Below the pieces are notes generated by a model. It made no database searches and was not told the DNA's origin. It was given only the letters and a program-made list of their open reading frames with translations. A stretch of 38,969 nt of DNA, from assembly GCA_963726245.1 (NCBI GenBank), contig CAVSBT010000026.1, positions 1 through 38,969 of the forward strand, read 5' to 3'. Positions 1 to 9,971 of this stretch are shown piece by piece (position 1 is the stretch's first letter; each line of letters starts with the position of its first letter). A program made the translations under genes and the position numbers. The DNA is from an uncultured Chloroflexia bacterium (lineage in GTDB: Bacteria > Chloroflexota > Dehalococcoidia > DSTF01 > JALHUB01).

Positions 1-1679
1 CGGCCTCCTGTGGAGACAGGGCCGGCCGGTACGGACGGTCGGTGGTCAACGCATCATAGACATCGCAAACAGCAGCGATGCGGGCGACGAGCGATAGCTT
101 CTCGCTCCGAAGTCCCTGTGGGTAGCCGCTTCCGTCAAGCCGCTCGTGATGGCACAGCACGAAATCAAGCACTTCTGGCATCAGGCTGAGGTCTCCCAGG
201 ATTCTGACGCCCAGCAGTGTATGCCCATCCACAACCAGGCGTTCCACATCCGAGAGACCTGCGGGCTTCAGCAGAATGGCGTCGCGAATGCCGATTTTTC
301 CGACATCATGCAAATAGCCGCCGACTCGTAGCGCGTCGAGCGTAATCCCACGCAGTCCGAGCCGCTTACCCATGAGCCGGGCCAACTCACCCACGCGCAT
401 AGAGTCCCCGCAGTATAGGGGTCCCGAGCATCGACCACAGCCGTCAGCGTCTTGATGGTGTTGAAGTGATGCTCGCGGAGTTGGTGGGTACGGGATCGCA
501 GGCTCGCGGTCATGTCATCCAAGGCTTTCGCGAGCACCGCGATCTCGTCCTCCCCCGCGACCGTGCTTCTCGCGGATAGGTTGCCGGAGGCAACCTTGCG
601 TGCTGCTCGGACGAGCCGGCCAACGCGAGCAGTGATGGCGTGCGCCAGCAGGTAGCCGATCACCAGTACCAGCAACATAGCCACGCCGAGCACAGCGCTC
701 ATCTGCCAGCGGGTCACGCCGCCGGCCTCGAAGATAAACTGCGTTGGTAGCGCGACCGAGTATAGACCCACAACCTGGTTGCGGACGATTAGCGGGCCAT
801 AGGCGAGGTCATAGTCGCGCTTCCAAACGCTTCTCCTCTCCCGAATCGTCCCCTCGTGCTTCCCTAGAATGGACTCCACCGTGGAGGAGCCTATCCCAAG
901 GTTCACCTCTTCACTGGCGCTGCCCCCGCCCGCGAAGGTGCTAGTGAGAGGGCGTCCTTTGAAGTCGTAGAATGTCACATCGGCCAGCGCTTCCTCCCGT
1001 GCCTGTCTGGCCAAGCTGTCAAGATATGTCCCAACCAGAGCAACTCCCACAATCTCCGTACCGGAGCGAATGGGCCCAGCGGTGAAGAAGGTCAGCCCCT
1101 CAGGGGTCTCCACGAGACCCGCGAACTTGTCACCCTGCTCATCACTACCGGCTTCAAGCACGCTTTGTACCGGGGGCCATTGGTTCGTGGCGGCTGCATC
1201 GACCGGCCGATATGTTAGGCCAGCCTCCGGCCCTTCCCCGGTCAGACCCAGCAGACGATTGCCGCTCCTGTCAATTATCTCAGCCCGCTCAAGGCCTAGG
1301 TTCGTCATCAAGGGCTCCAGCAGCGTGGTGAGGCTCTGCGTGTCTCCGGCGGCCACGGCCTGTCCCACACCTTCTGTGAAGGCAAGCGTACGCACACCTT
1401 CTAGGTGGTTTCGCTCGTTTCGCACCACAGCATCGGCGGCTACGCGCCCCGCCTCGGCGAGTTGATTGTCGAAGCGCTCCCGAAGCGGCCGGCGACGAGT
1501 GTGGTCACCATGTAGGTTCCGGCGGCACCCAAGAGTACGGTGAGGAGTGCATAGGGACCGATGATCTTCCAGCTAAGGTGCCGGAGGGGCCGGCCCCAGA
1601 GGGATTTCGCCGCATGGGCGAGGGGCGCGATGCTGGCCGCTGGTCTGGGCACTCGCAAGTGATCACGCATCCAGCGCAT
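1..1679 (-). CDS. Membrane-bound sensor-HAMP-HD-GYP phosphodiesterase (3' end outside the window; apparent frameshifts near 1435-1480 and 405)
   Basis: TM helix in ORF 1440..1679. ORF 268..1428 has a second TM and HAMP motif (RVGRLVRAARKVASGNLSAR...EDEIAVLAKALDDM), then DARDPYTAG. Another frame reads GGYLHDVGKIG, HHERLDGSGYPQG and DVYDALTTDRPYR. Start codon uncertain. Confidence 0.85.
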
Positions 1680-1899
1680 ATGTCATTATCGACGACTCAC
1701 CCCAAATTCATCATAGACTCCCTATCAGCATCAGGAGGGCCTCACCTTCATGTGTTTGCAGTGTCACAAACCCGAAGATGGGGAGCGGCGGTGATATGCC
1801 TCGGAGCACTTAGGATTGGGTATCCCTTAGTCGGTGGACCTTTCCGGGCGACGTTGTGCTGAATCTACCGGAGAAAGACGAGGGTATACAGAGTGACGA

Positions 1900-1925
1900 G
1901 TCCCCTGGTCGTGAAACCAGGGGAC
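1900..1925 (-). terminator. 10-bp hairpin downstream of the tRNA cassette, possible terminator
   Basis: GTCCCCTGGT-cgtgaa-ACCAGGGGAC perfect stem; no clear U-tract. Confidence 0.4.
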
Positions 1926-1944
1926 AGATTCGAACTGGGAGCTT

Positions 1945-2019
1945 TGGTAGCAGCGGGTGGGATCGAACCACCGACACGGGGCTTATGAGTCCCCTCCCGC
2001 CGCAGGCGGGTACGCTGCC
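1945..2019 (-). pseudogene. tRNA(CAT)-like copy with the D-arm replaced by a CCCGCC-TGC-GGCGGG hairpin
   Basis: Minus strand reads GGCAGCGTA-CCCGCCTGCGGCGGG-AGGGGACTCATAAGCCCCGTGTCGGTGGTTCGATCCCACCCGCTGCTACCA. It is 75 nt and identical to the tRNA at 2286..2360 outside the 15-nt D-arm segment. Confidence 0.85.
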
Positions 2020-2261
2020 AGCCAGGCCCTTAGCCACTCGCGTCCACGTCCCGATTTCAGGAACCGCTCTCGACGGCGCGCTTCCCCTTCCGACTCATAC
2101 GATTCTTGATGCACCACTTCGAAGGGCCTGTTGCGCGAGGACCATCCCCTGGGATACCCCCGATTATGCTCCTCCAGACGCTGCTCTACAGGACGTGAAG
2201 TGAACCCGACGTAATGCCGCCCGTTCCGGAGACTGCGCAGGACGTAAACCGTGAAGGGCAT
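1983..2261 (-). CDS. Small stand-alone GIY-YIG nuclease (~92 aa)
   Basis: MPFTVYVLRSLRNGRHYVGFT...QRLEEHN...EARRRERFLKSGRGR: VY/YVG motif pair with conserved Arg, His and Glu. Alternative ATG at 2267. The stop codon lies in the anticodon loop of the tRNA-like copy. Confidence 0.9.
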   Translation of the reverse strand: MPFTVYVLRSLRNGRHYVGFTSRPVEQRLEEHNRGYPRGWSSRNRPFEVVHQESYESEGEARRRERFLKSGRGREWLRAWLAAYPPAAGGDS

Positions 2262-2285
2262 GTCCATGGGAGAGGTAAGAGGCTT

Positions 2286-2360
2286 TGGTAGCAGCGGGTG
2301 GGATCGAACCACCGACACGGGGCTTATGAGTCCCCTGCTCTACCACTGAGCTACGCTGCC
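2286..2360 (-). tRNA. tRNA with CAT anticodon, probably elongator tRNA-Met (Ile2 not excluded)
   Basis: GGCAGCGTAGCTCAGTGGTAGAGCAGGGGACTCATAAGCCCCGTGTCGGTGGTTCGATCCCACCCGCTGCTACCA: canonical D-arm, anticodon loop CTCATAA, TTCGA T-loop, encoded CCA. Confidence 0.95.
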
Positions 2361-2371
2361 CCCGTGGCCGC

Positions 2372-2401
2372 AGTATAGGCCATCGCCTCGAATCTGGTCA
2401 A
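2372..2401 (-). promoter_or_regulatory. Putative sigma70 promoter for the tRNA
   Basis: Minus strand TTGACC (2401-2396), 18-nt spacer, TATACT (2377-2372), 11 nt before the tRNA 5' end. Confidence 0.6.
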
Positions 2402-2445
2402 CGAAGTTGAGGGGCGCCGCCCGCCTCTCCTACAATAGAGGTGAG

Positions 2446-4323
2446 ATGGCCACCCGCTTCGCCGACCAGCTACGCGCCCTGCCCGCTCGCCCCGGCGTCT
2501 ACATCATGCGCGACGCCCAGGGCGAGGTCATCTACGTGGGCAAGGCGGCCAGCCTGCGCAGCCGCGTCCGCTCCTACTTCGGCTCGCCCCACAGCCTGGA
2601 GCCCAAGACGCGCCGCCTGGTCGAGCAGCGTGGCCGACTTCGACTACATCGTCACGAGCACCGACCAGGAGGCGCTGCACCTGGAGGCCACCCTGGTCAA
2701 GCGCCACCAGCCCTTCTTCAACGTCCGCCTCAAGGACGACAAGCACTACCCCTACCTGAAGGTGGACCTCAACAACCCCTGGCCCCGCGTCTACATCACC
2801 CGCCGCGTGGAGAACGACGGCGCCCGCTACTTCGGGCCCTACGCCAGCGCCTGCTCGGTGCGCACGACGCTGGACATCGTCAAGAAGCTCTTCCCCTGGC
2901 GCTCCTGCACCAAGACCATCACCGGCAGGGACCCGCGCCCCTGCCTGGACTACTACATCCACCGCTGCATCGCGCCCTGCACCGGCTACTGCACGAAGGA
3001 GGAGTACGACGAGGTCATCCGCCAGACCATCCTCTTCCTGGAAGGCCGCACCGACGAGGTGGTGCGCGACCTCCGCGCCCGAAGATGGACGAGGCGGCCG
3101 ACGCCCTCCAGTTCGAGCGCGCCGCCTCCTGCGCGACCAGATCCGGGCCATCGAGCGCGTCTCCGAGAGGCAGGTGACGGCCTACACCCGGCCCGTGGAC
3201 GAGGACGTCTTCGGCCTGGCCCGCGCCGACGGCGAGGCCTGCGTCCAGGTGTTCTTCATCCGCGGCACGAAGATGATCGGCGGCGACCACTTCACCCTGG
3301 ACGGCACTCAGGAGGAGCCCGACGACGCAGGTCATGGCCAGCTTCCTCAAGCAGTTCTACGAGTCGGCCACCTACGTGCCCCGGCGCATCGTCCTGCCCC
3401 TGGCCGTGCCCGAGCAGCCGCTCATCCAGGCCTGGCTCGCCGAGCGGCGGGGCAGCCCGGTGCAGCTGCTGGTCCCGCAGCGAGGCGAGAAGCGCCGCCT
3501 GGTGGCGATGGCAGACGACAACGCCCGCGAGGCGCTGGCGATGGAGCGCGTCAAGTGGCTGGCCGACACGGGCAAGACGCGGGCCGCCCTGGAGGAGCTC
3601 GCAGGAGGAGCTGGACCTGCCGCCGCTGCCCCGGCGCATCGAGTGCTACGACATCTCCAACATCCAGGGCACCTCGGCGGTGGGGAGCATGGTGGTCTTC
3701 GTCGACGGGCGGCCGCGGCCGGCCGAGTACCGCCGCTTCCGCATCAAGACGGTGCGGGGCGCCAACGACTTCGCCATGCTGGCCGGAGGTGCTGCGCCGT
3801 CGCTTCAAGCGCGCCTCGGCCGCTGAGCCTGTCGAAGATGCCGCCACCGCCTCTGCCGCAGGCGAAGCCCCGTCCGGCGAGGGCGACGGCTGGGCCGCCC
3901 TGCCCGACCTGGTCATCGTCGACGGCGGCAAGGGGCAGCTCAGCGCCGCCCACGACGTCATGCGCGACCTGGCGGTGGGCCACCTGCCCCTGGCCGGCCT
4001 GGCCAAGCGGAACGAGGAGCTCTTCCTGGTGGACGAGGCGGAGCCGATAGTGCTGCCGCGGACCTCGCAGGCCCTCTACCTGGTGCAGCGCGTCCGGGAC
4101 GAGGCGCACCGCTTCGCCATCACCTACCACCGCAAGGTGCGCGCAGAAGGCGGGCATGCGGTCGGCGCTGGACGCGGTGCCGGGCATCGGGCCGAAGCGG
4201 AAGCAGGCGCTGCTGCGCAAGTTCGGCTCGGTGAAGGGCATCCGCGAGGCCGAGCTGGACGACATCGCCGCCACCGTCGGCTTCACGCGCCGCCTCGCCG
4301 AGAAGGTGAAGGAGTACCTTTAG
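2446..4323 (+). CDS. uvrC: Excinuclease ABC subunit UvrC (several apparent frameshifts)
   Basis: PGVYIMRD...[17 protein letters not shown]; [10 protein letters not shown]; YFGPY; [13 protein letters not shown]; [12 protein letters not shown]; [13 protein letters not shown]; [16 protein letters not shown]; C-terminal HhH (PGIGPKR). Pieces lie in three frames. Confidence 0.95.
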
Positions 4324-4353
4324 GGCAGCACTCAGCCGGCCCGTGAGAAGAGA

Positions 4354-4381
4354 AGCAGCCCACCTTCATCGGTGGGCTGCT
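4354..4381. terminator. Intrinsic terminator between convergent uvrC and xerD
   Basis: AGCAGCCCACC-ttcatc-GGTGGGCTGCT 11-bp stem with a pyrimidine-rich tail on the minus strand. Confidence 0.7.
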
Positions 4382-4409
4382 CGGCAAGGACAGACTATCG
4401 AGATGAGTG

Positions 4410-5321
4410 CTAGTGGGCGCGCGGGTGAGCGCCTTCGTAGACCTCGCGCACGTAGTCGGTGGTGATCTTCGTGTACACCTGCGTCGTCGACATGTTGGCG
4501 TGTCCCAGCAGCTCCTGGACGTTTCGCAGCGGCGCGCCGCCGGTCAGCATGTGCGTCGCGAAGCTGTGGCGCAACGTGTGCGGCGTCACCGGCGTGCTGA
4601 TGCCGGCCTGTTTGGCGTAGCCCTTCAGGATGAGCCAGAAGCCCTGGCGGGTGAGCCGGTCGCCGCGACGGTTGACGAAGACGGCGGTGACCCGCCGGTC
4701 GCGCACCATGTGAGAGCGACCGTCCTCCAAGTACGCCTCCAGCGCCTCGAGGGCCTGCCCGTGGAGAGGGAGTGTGCGCTCTTTGGACCCCTTGCCCAGG
4801 CAGCGAACGTGGGCGCCCGACCGGTTCAGGTGAAGGTCCTTCATGTCCAGTGAAACCAGCTCTGTGACCCGCATCCCCGTGGCGTAGAGCGTCTCCAGCA
4901 TGGCGCGGTCCCGTCGCGCCTCGGGGCTGAAGCGACGTGCCGGCTGCTCCAGGAGTTCGTCAATCTCGCGCACCGACAAAGCCTTGGGCAGCGACTTGCC
5001 CACCTTGGGAGAGTTGAGGCCCTCCGCCGGGTTCTTGCGCAGGGTGCCCTCCGCCTGGAGGAAGGAGAAGAAGGATTTGACGGCCGCTACCTTCCGGGCC
5101 ACGGTGGCATCGGCGTAGCGTTTGCGCCGCAGCTCGAGGATGAAGTCTACAAGGGCATCGCGGTCCACTCGGGACCAGAAGGGCCGGTCGCCGTCGACGG
5201 CGAGACCGAGGACGTAGGTTTTGAGTTGCTCAACGTCATTCTTGTAGGCGGCAATGGTGTTGGAGGAGGCTCCTTTTTCTACCGAGAGGAAGTTGAGGAA
5301 GTGGTCGATCTCGTCTTCCAT
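4410..5321 (-). CDS. xerD: Tyrosine recombinase XerD
   Basis: MEDEIDHFLNFLSVEKGASSNTIAAY; RDRAMLETLYATGMRVTEL; GKGSKER; TPHTLRHSFATH; VQELLGHANMSTTQVY. The ATG at 5321 fits a 303-aa XerD. Confidence 0.92.
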   Translation of the reverse strand: MEDEIDHFLNFLSVEKGASSNTIAAYKNDVEQLKTYVLGLAVDGDRPFWSRVDRDALVDFILELRRKRYADATVARKVAAVKSFFSFLQAEGTLRKNPAEGLNSPKVGKSLPKALSVREIDELLEQPARRFSPEARRDRAMLETLYATGMRVTELVSLDMKDLHLNRSGAHVRCLGKGSKERTLPLHGQALEALEAYLEDGRSHMVRDRRVTAVFVNRRGDRLTRQGFWLILKGYAKQAGISTPVTPHTLRHSFATHMLTGGAPLRNVQELLGHANMSTTQVYTKITTDYVREVYEGAHPRAH

Positions 5322-5559
5322 GAGCCATTGACCTCTCGTTCGCTGTGCGGGGTTAACTGACTTGGGGCGGCCCAATTCTACGGACAGGGGGCCGTTGTTG
5401 TCTAGGCGGGCGGCGAGAATCTTGCGATCTTTTTGTTGGTCCTTAACCCAAGCAGCACGTTGCAGGACGCTGCGGCGCCCAGCCATGCGTCCGGCGTGTA
5501 ACGACAAGACTGGGTCGACGTTATCCCTGGTGAAACTGAACGAGCGCTTCCATGCGCAG

Positions 5560-5667
5560 GCTGTTGAGGCCGCTTCGGGCGTAGTCGCTCGCGGAGAGCG
5601 CACACTTTGGTCACCGAAACGCCCCGAAGCCTCCCGTAAGGGAAAGGCCAGTGGTGAAACCGGCAGC
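5560..5667 (+). promoter_or_regulatory. Putative c-di-GMP-II riboswitch aptamer (variant)
   Basis: P1 GCTGTTG/CGGCAGC; unpaired A; P2 GGCC/GGCC; P3 GCTTCGGGCGT/ACGCCCCGAAGC; loop TTTGG-TCACC can pseudoknot with GGTGA in AGT-GGTGA-AACC. This is the class II layout, recognised by eye only. Confidence 0.7.
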
Positions 5668-5690
5668 AGTGGGCTGCCGGTTTGCATTTT
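5657..5690 (+). terminator. Riboswitch expression-platform terminator
   Basis: AAACCGGCAGC-agtgg-GCTGCCGGTTT followed by GCATTTT; the 5' arm is the aptamer's 3' end. Confidence 0.7.
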
Positions 5691-5740
5691 CTTAGAGGCA
5701 AGGATGCCGCCGACGTTGTTCCCCCGCCTTCTGTCTCAGA

Positions 5741-6343
5741 ATGGTCGCACGGATTCGTACCTTCCTTCGGCTTCTGCTTCTGCTGGCCAGCGAGAGTGGT
5801 CAGATCGGCACGGGGCTCGCAGTCATCTCCTTGGTTGGGACCGCGTCCATTCTTGCGACTGTCGTCATCACAAGTGGAGAGCTCGGCACGGAGCAGTTTG
5901 ACCAGGTGTTCCGCAGCAGCATCGGCCGGGTCAGCGGGACAATGGAGGTTCGCGGCTCTGTCGTCGCCATCGCGAGCGGTCAACCGCTGGCGGTCGACAG
6001 GGTTCAGTTCACCATAGGAACCAGCGGGATAGGCGACCCAATATCGCTGGATACGACTTCCACGAGCGATCGACTTGTCGTCGCCTACCTTGACGGCACG
6101 ACTTACGATGCCGATGTGCCGTACACGGCCACGGAGATCGTCGGCAACGGCAACAAGCTCCTCGAGCCCGGCGAAAGCTTCCAGCTCACCGTCAGGCTGG
6201 CCGACATCCGCGGCGAGACAGGCCCGCCGAGCATCGGGCCGAATTCACGGTGGACCTTCGAGCTCCAAGCTCCGGTCGGCGGCACGGTCGAAATCAGCAG
6301 GGTGATGCCGTCTGTGCTCGATCCAGTTATGCCGCTCCACTAG
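5741..6343 (+). CDS. Archaellin-like (archaeal flagellin ArlB/FlaB family) protein
   Basis: Class III signal-like SESG|QIGTGLAV followed by a hydrophobic helix; MEVRGSVVA; GNGNKLLEPGESFQLTV; FELQAPVGGTVEISRVMPSVLDPVMPL C-terminus typical of archaellins. Confidence 0.82.
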   Translation: MVARIRTFLRLLLLLASESGQIGTGLAVISLVGTASILATVVITSGELGTEQFDQVFRSSIGRVSGTMEVRGSVVAIASGQPLAVDRVQFTIGTSGIGDPISLDTTSTSDRLVVAYLDGTTYDADVPYTATEIVGNGNKLLEPGESFQLTVRLADIRGETGPPSIGPNSRWTFELQAPVGGTVEISRVMPSVLDPVMPLH

Positions 6344-6369
6344 CAGCCGGCACGAGCCGGGTGCCCGCG

Positions 6370-7041
6370 CTAGAGAGGGAAGTACTCGACAGGAGCCTCC
6401 GCTTCGGACCAGGCGCCGCGGCCGATGAGAGGCACGAAGCGGCACTCGCCCAGCTTCCGCACCGTTGCCCCACGAGGCGTCCTCGCCACATAGAGGAGCT
6501 GCTGCACGCGACGCTCTCCCACCGGGATGACCAGCCGGCCGTCCATGGCCAGTTGTTGGATCAAAGAGCGCGGCACACGGGGCGCGCCCGCCGTCACCAG
6601 GATGGCGTCGTAAGGGGCGCCCTCCGGCCAGCCGAGGATGCCGCCCGCCGCGTGCACCTCGACGTTCCCGTAGCCCATCTCCCGCAGCCGCTGAGCGGCC
6701 TCTTCGGCCAGCTCCGGGACGCGCTCCACAGTCACCACGTGGGCGGCCAGCTCTGCCAGCAGCGCCGCCTGGTAGCCGGACCCGCTGCCTAGCTCCAGGA
6801 CCCGCTCGCTGCCCTGCAGGTGGAGAGCCTCCGTCATCAGGGCGACCATCAGGGGCTGGGAGATGGTCTGGCCGTGGCCGATAGGAAGCGGCCGGTCTTC
6901 GTAGGCGTAGCGACGGAGGTCGGCGGGGACGAAGTGCTCGCGTGGGACGCGGGCCATGGCCGCCAGGACCCTCTCGTCGTGCACCTCGTAGCCGAGCGCC
7001 CTGACGAGGTTCTCGCGGACGGTGGCGTAGTCAATGACCAT
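6370..7041 (-). CDS. pcm: Protein-L-isoaspartate(D-aspartate) O-methyltransferase
   Basis: VPREHFVP, AYEDRPLPIGHGQTISQPLMVA, VLELGSGSGYQAA, APYDAILVTAGA, RFVPLIG. Confidence 0.95.
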   Translation of the reverse strand: MVIDYATVRENLVRALGYEVHDERVLAAMARVPREHFVPADLRRYAYEDRPLPIGHGQTISQPLMVALMTEALHLQGSERVLELGSGSGYQAALLAELAAHVVTVERVPELAEEAAQRLREMGYGNVEVHAAGGILGWPEGAPYDAILVTAGAPRVPRSLIQQLAMDGRLVIPVGERRVQQLLYVARTPRGATVRKLGECRFVPLIGRGAWSEAEAPVEYFPL

Positions 7042-7193
7042 GGCCCCTCGACATCCTTGAACCTGAGGGCATCCCGCCTCTACCTTAGCACACCACGCGG
7101 GCGCCTCCCAAGAGCGACGCGTGCTATACTCCACACTCGGCCGGCGGCCGCCGGCGCAGGCCGCTCGGATCCGATGGGACAGGGAAGCCGCAG

Positions 7194-7937
7194 ATGGCTC
7201 GTCGCTACTGGGTCGGCACGTCGGGCTGGGTCTACCCCCACTGGCGGGAGGTCTTCTACCCGCCGGACCTGCCGAGCAGCCGCTGGCTCCCCTTCTACGT
7301 AGCCGAGTTCCCCACGGTCGAAGTCAACTCCAGCTTCTATCGCCTGCCTCAGGAGAAGACCTTCGCCGGCTGGCGGAGCAAGGTGCCCGACGACTTCCGC
7401 TTCGCCGTCAAGGCCAGCCGCTTCATCACCCACATCAAGCGCTTGAAGGACTGCCGGGAGCCGGTGGAGACGTTCCTGGGGCGGGCGCGCGCCCTGGACG
7501 AGAACCTGGGGCCCGTCCTCTACCAGATGCCGCCCAACTTCCACCGCAACGAGCGCAACGAGGCCGTGCTGGCCGATTTCCTGTCCGCTCCTGCCGCAGG
7601 ACGTGCGGCACGTCTTCGAGTTCCGGCACGACTCCTGGTTCAACTCGGAGGTCTTCGCCCTGCTGCGCCTGCACAACGTCGGCTTCTGCGCCTACCACAT
7701 GGTGGACCGGCAGACGCCCCTGGAGGCGACCACCGACTTCGCCTACATGCGATTCCACGGCAGCGGCGCCCTCTACGGCGGCCTCTACGACGAGGCGGAG
7801 CTGCGGCGCTGGGCCGGCGACCTCCGCGCTCTCCCCGAGGACGTGAGGACGTCTACATCTACTTCAACAACGACGCCGGCGGCTTCGCCGTCCAGAACGC
7901 CCGCCAGCTCAAGGAGCTACTGGCGCAAGCCTCGTAG
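7194..7937 (+). CDS. DUF72 (YecE) family protein (compensating frameshifts near 7590 and 7840)
   Basis: VGTSGWVYPHW, TVEVNSSFY, FAVKASRFITH, LGPVLYQMPP; alternate frame FEFRHDSW and YMRFHG; YIYFNND. Confidence 0.9.
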   Translation: MARRYWVGTSGWVYPHWREVFYPPDLPSSRWLPFYVAEFPTVEVNSSFYRLPQEKTFAGWRSKVPDDFRFAVKASRFITHIKRLKDCREPVETFLGRARALDENLGPVLYQMPPNFHRNERNEAVLADFLSAPAAGRAARLRVPARLLVQLGGLRPAAPAQRRLLRLPHGGPADAPGGDHRLRLHAIPRQRRPLRRPLRRGGAAALGRRPPRSPRGREDVYIYFNNDAGGFAVQNARQLKELLAQAS

Positions 7938-7996
7938 GGACCTTCTGCCCGCTCTCCTTGTCCCGCGTCTCGCCGCGCCTGTATGATTGTCGCGCG

Positions 7997-8475
7997 ATGA
8001 TGATCTCGGTCGTGGGAGGAGACGCGGCCCCCGACGAGGTGCTGGCCCAGGCCGAGGCCCTGGGCCGCGAGCTGGCGCGTCGCGGCTGCACCGTCGTCTG
8101 CGGCGGCCGCGGCGGCGTCATGGAGGCCGTCTGTCGCGGCGCTCGAGCGGAGGGCGGCCACACGATAGGCATCCTCCCCGGCCTCGACCGCCGCGACATG
8201 AACCCTTATGTCGAGTTCCCCATCGTCACCGGCATGGGCTACGCCCGCAACGTCATCGTCGCCCTCTCCGGCGAGGCCGTCATCGCCGTGGACGGCGCCT
8301 ACGGCACCCTCTCCGAGATCGCCCACGCCCTGGCTCACGACAAGCCGGTCATCGGCCTCGAACACCTGGTCGTTCACCAGCGCGGGCGCCGACGACCGGG
8401 CGATCATTCGCGCCACGGACCCGCAGGACGCGGTCGAAAAGGCTATCGCCGCCGCCCGCGCAACGGCAGCCTTAA
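7997..8475 (+). CDS. TIGR00725/LOG-family nucleotide-binding protein (frameshift near 8360; end approximate)
   Basis: VCGGRGGVMEAVCRGA, GGHTIGILPG, TGMGYARNVIV, GAYGTLSEIAHAL, KPVIGL. Confidence 0.85.
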
Positions 8476-9775
<1,300 letters not shown>

Positions 9776-9971
9776 GCAGCGGAGAGCAGGAGGTCGCGTC
9801 ATCGTTGGGAGACCAGCTACTGGCACCGGTTCCTTACTAGGCGCGCATCGCGTCGTAGGGCGCTTCAGGCCGCTGCCCTTGCAGCGCGGCATGCGACGGC
9901 GTTGCCGTGGCCTCGGCCGCGAGGAGAGCGGTCGCAGTGGGCCATATGTCGGCAGGCCGCGCGGCGGAGCG

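Larger units (their letters stand above)
1941..2336. repeat. 55-bp exact direct repeat (1941..1995 and 2282..2336), period 341 bp
   Basis: GCTTTGGTAGCAGCGGGTGGGATCGAACCACCGACACGGGGCTTATGAGTCCCCT occurs twice. TACGCTGCC also recurs in register (2011..2019 and 2352..2360). Confidence 0.97.

Noticed and set aside
1921-1940. T-loop-like CAG-TTCGAAT-CTG on the minus strand after the tRNA-like copy
   Set aside because: Only a 3-bp stem and no other tRNA arms; too short to call a third tRNA remnant.
1941-2336. The 55-bp repeat as a CRISPR array or ordinary attL/attR pair
   Set aside because: There are only two copies, both tRNA-derived, and no cas genes. The copy also keeps the tRNA 5' end, unlike typical att duplications.
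4410-5321. xerD as the integrase responsible for the tRNA duplication
   Set aside because: It looks like housekeeping XerD, lies outside the repeats and is separated from them by uvrC.
5322-5687. 122-aa N-terminal extension of XerD in the ORF track
   Set aside because: It has no recombinase similarity and overlaps the riboswitch region; the ATG at 5321 gives a normal-length XerD.
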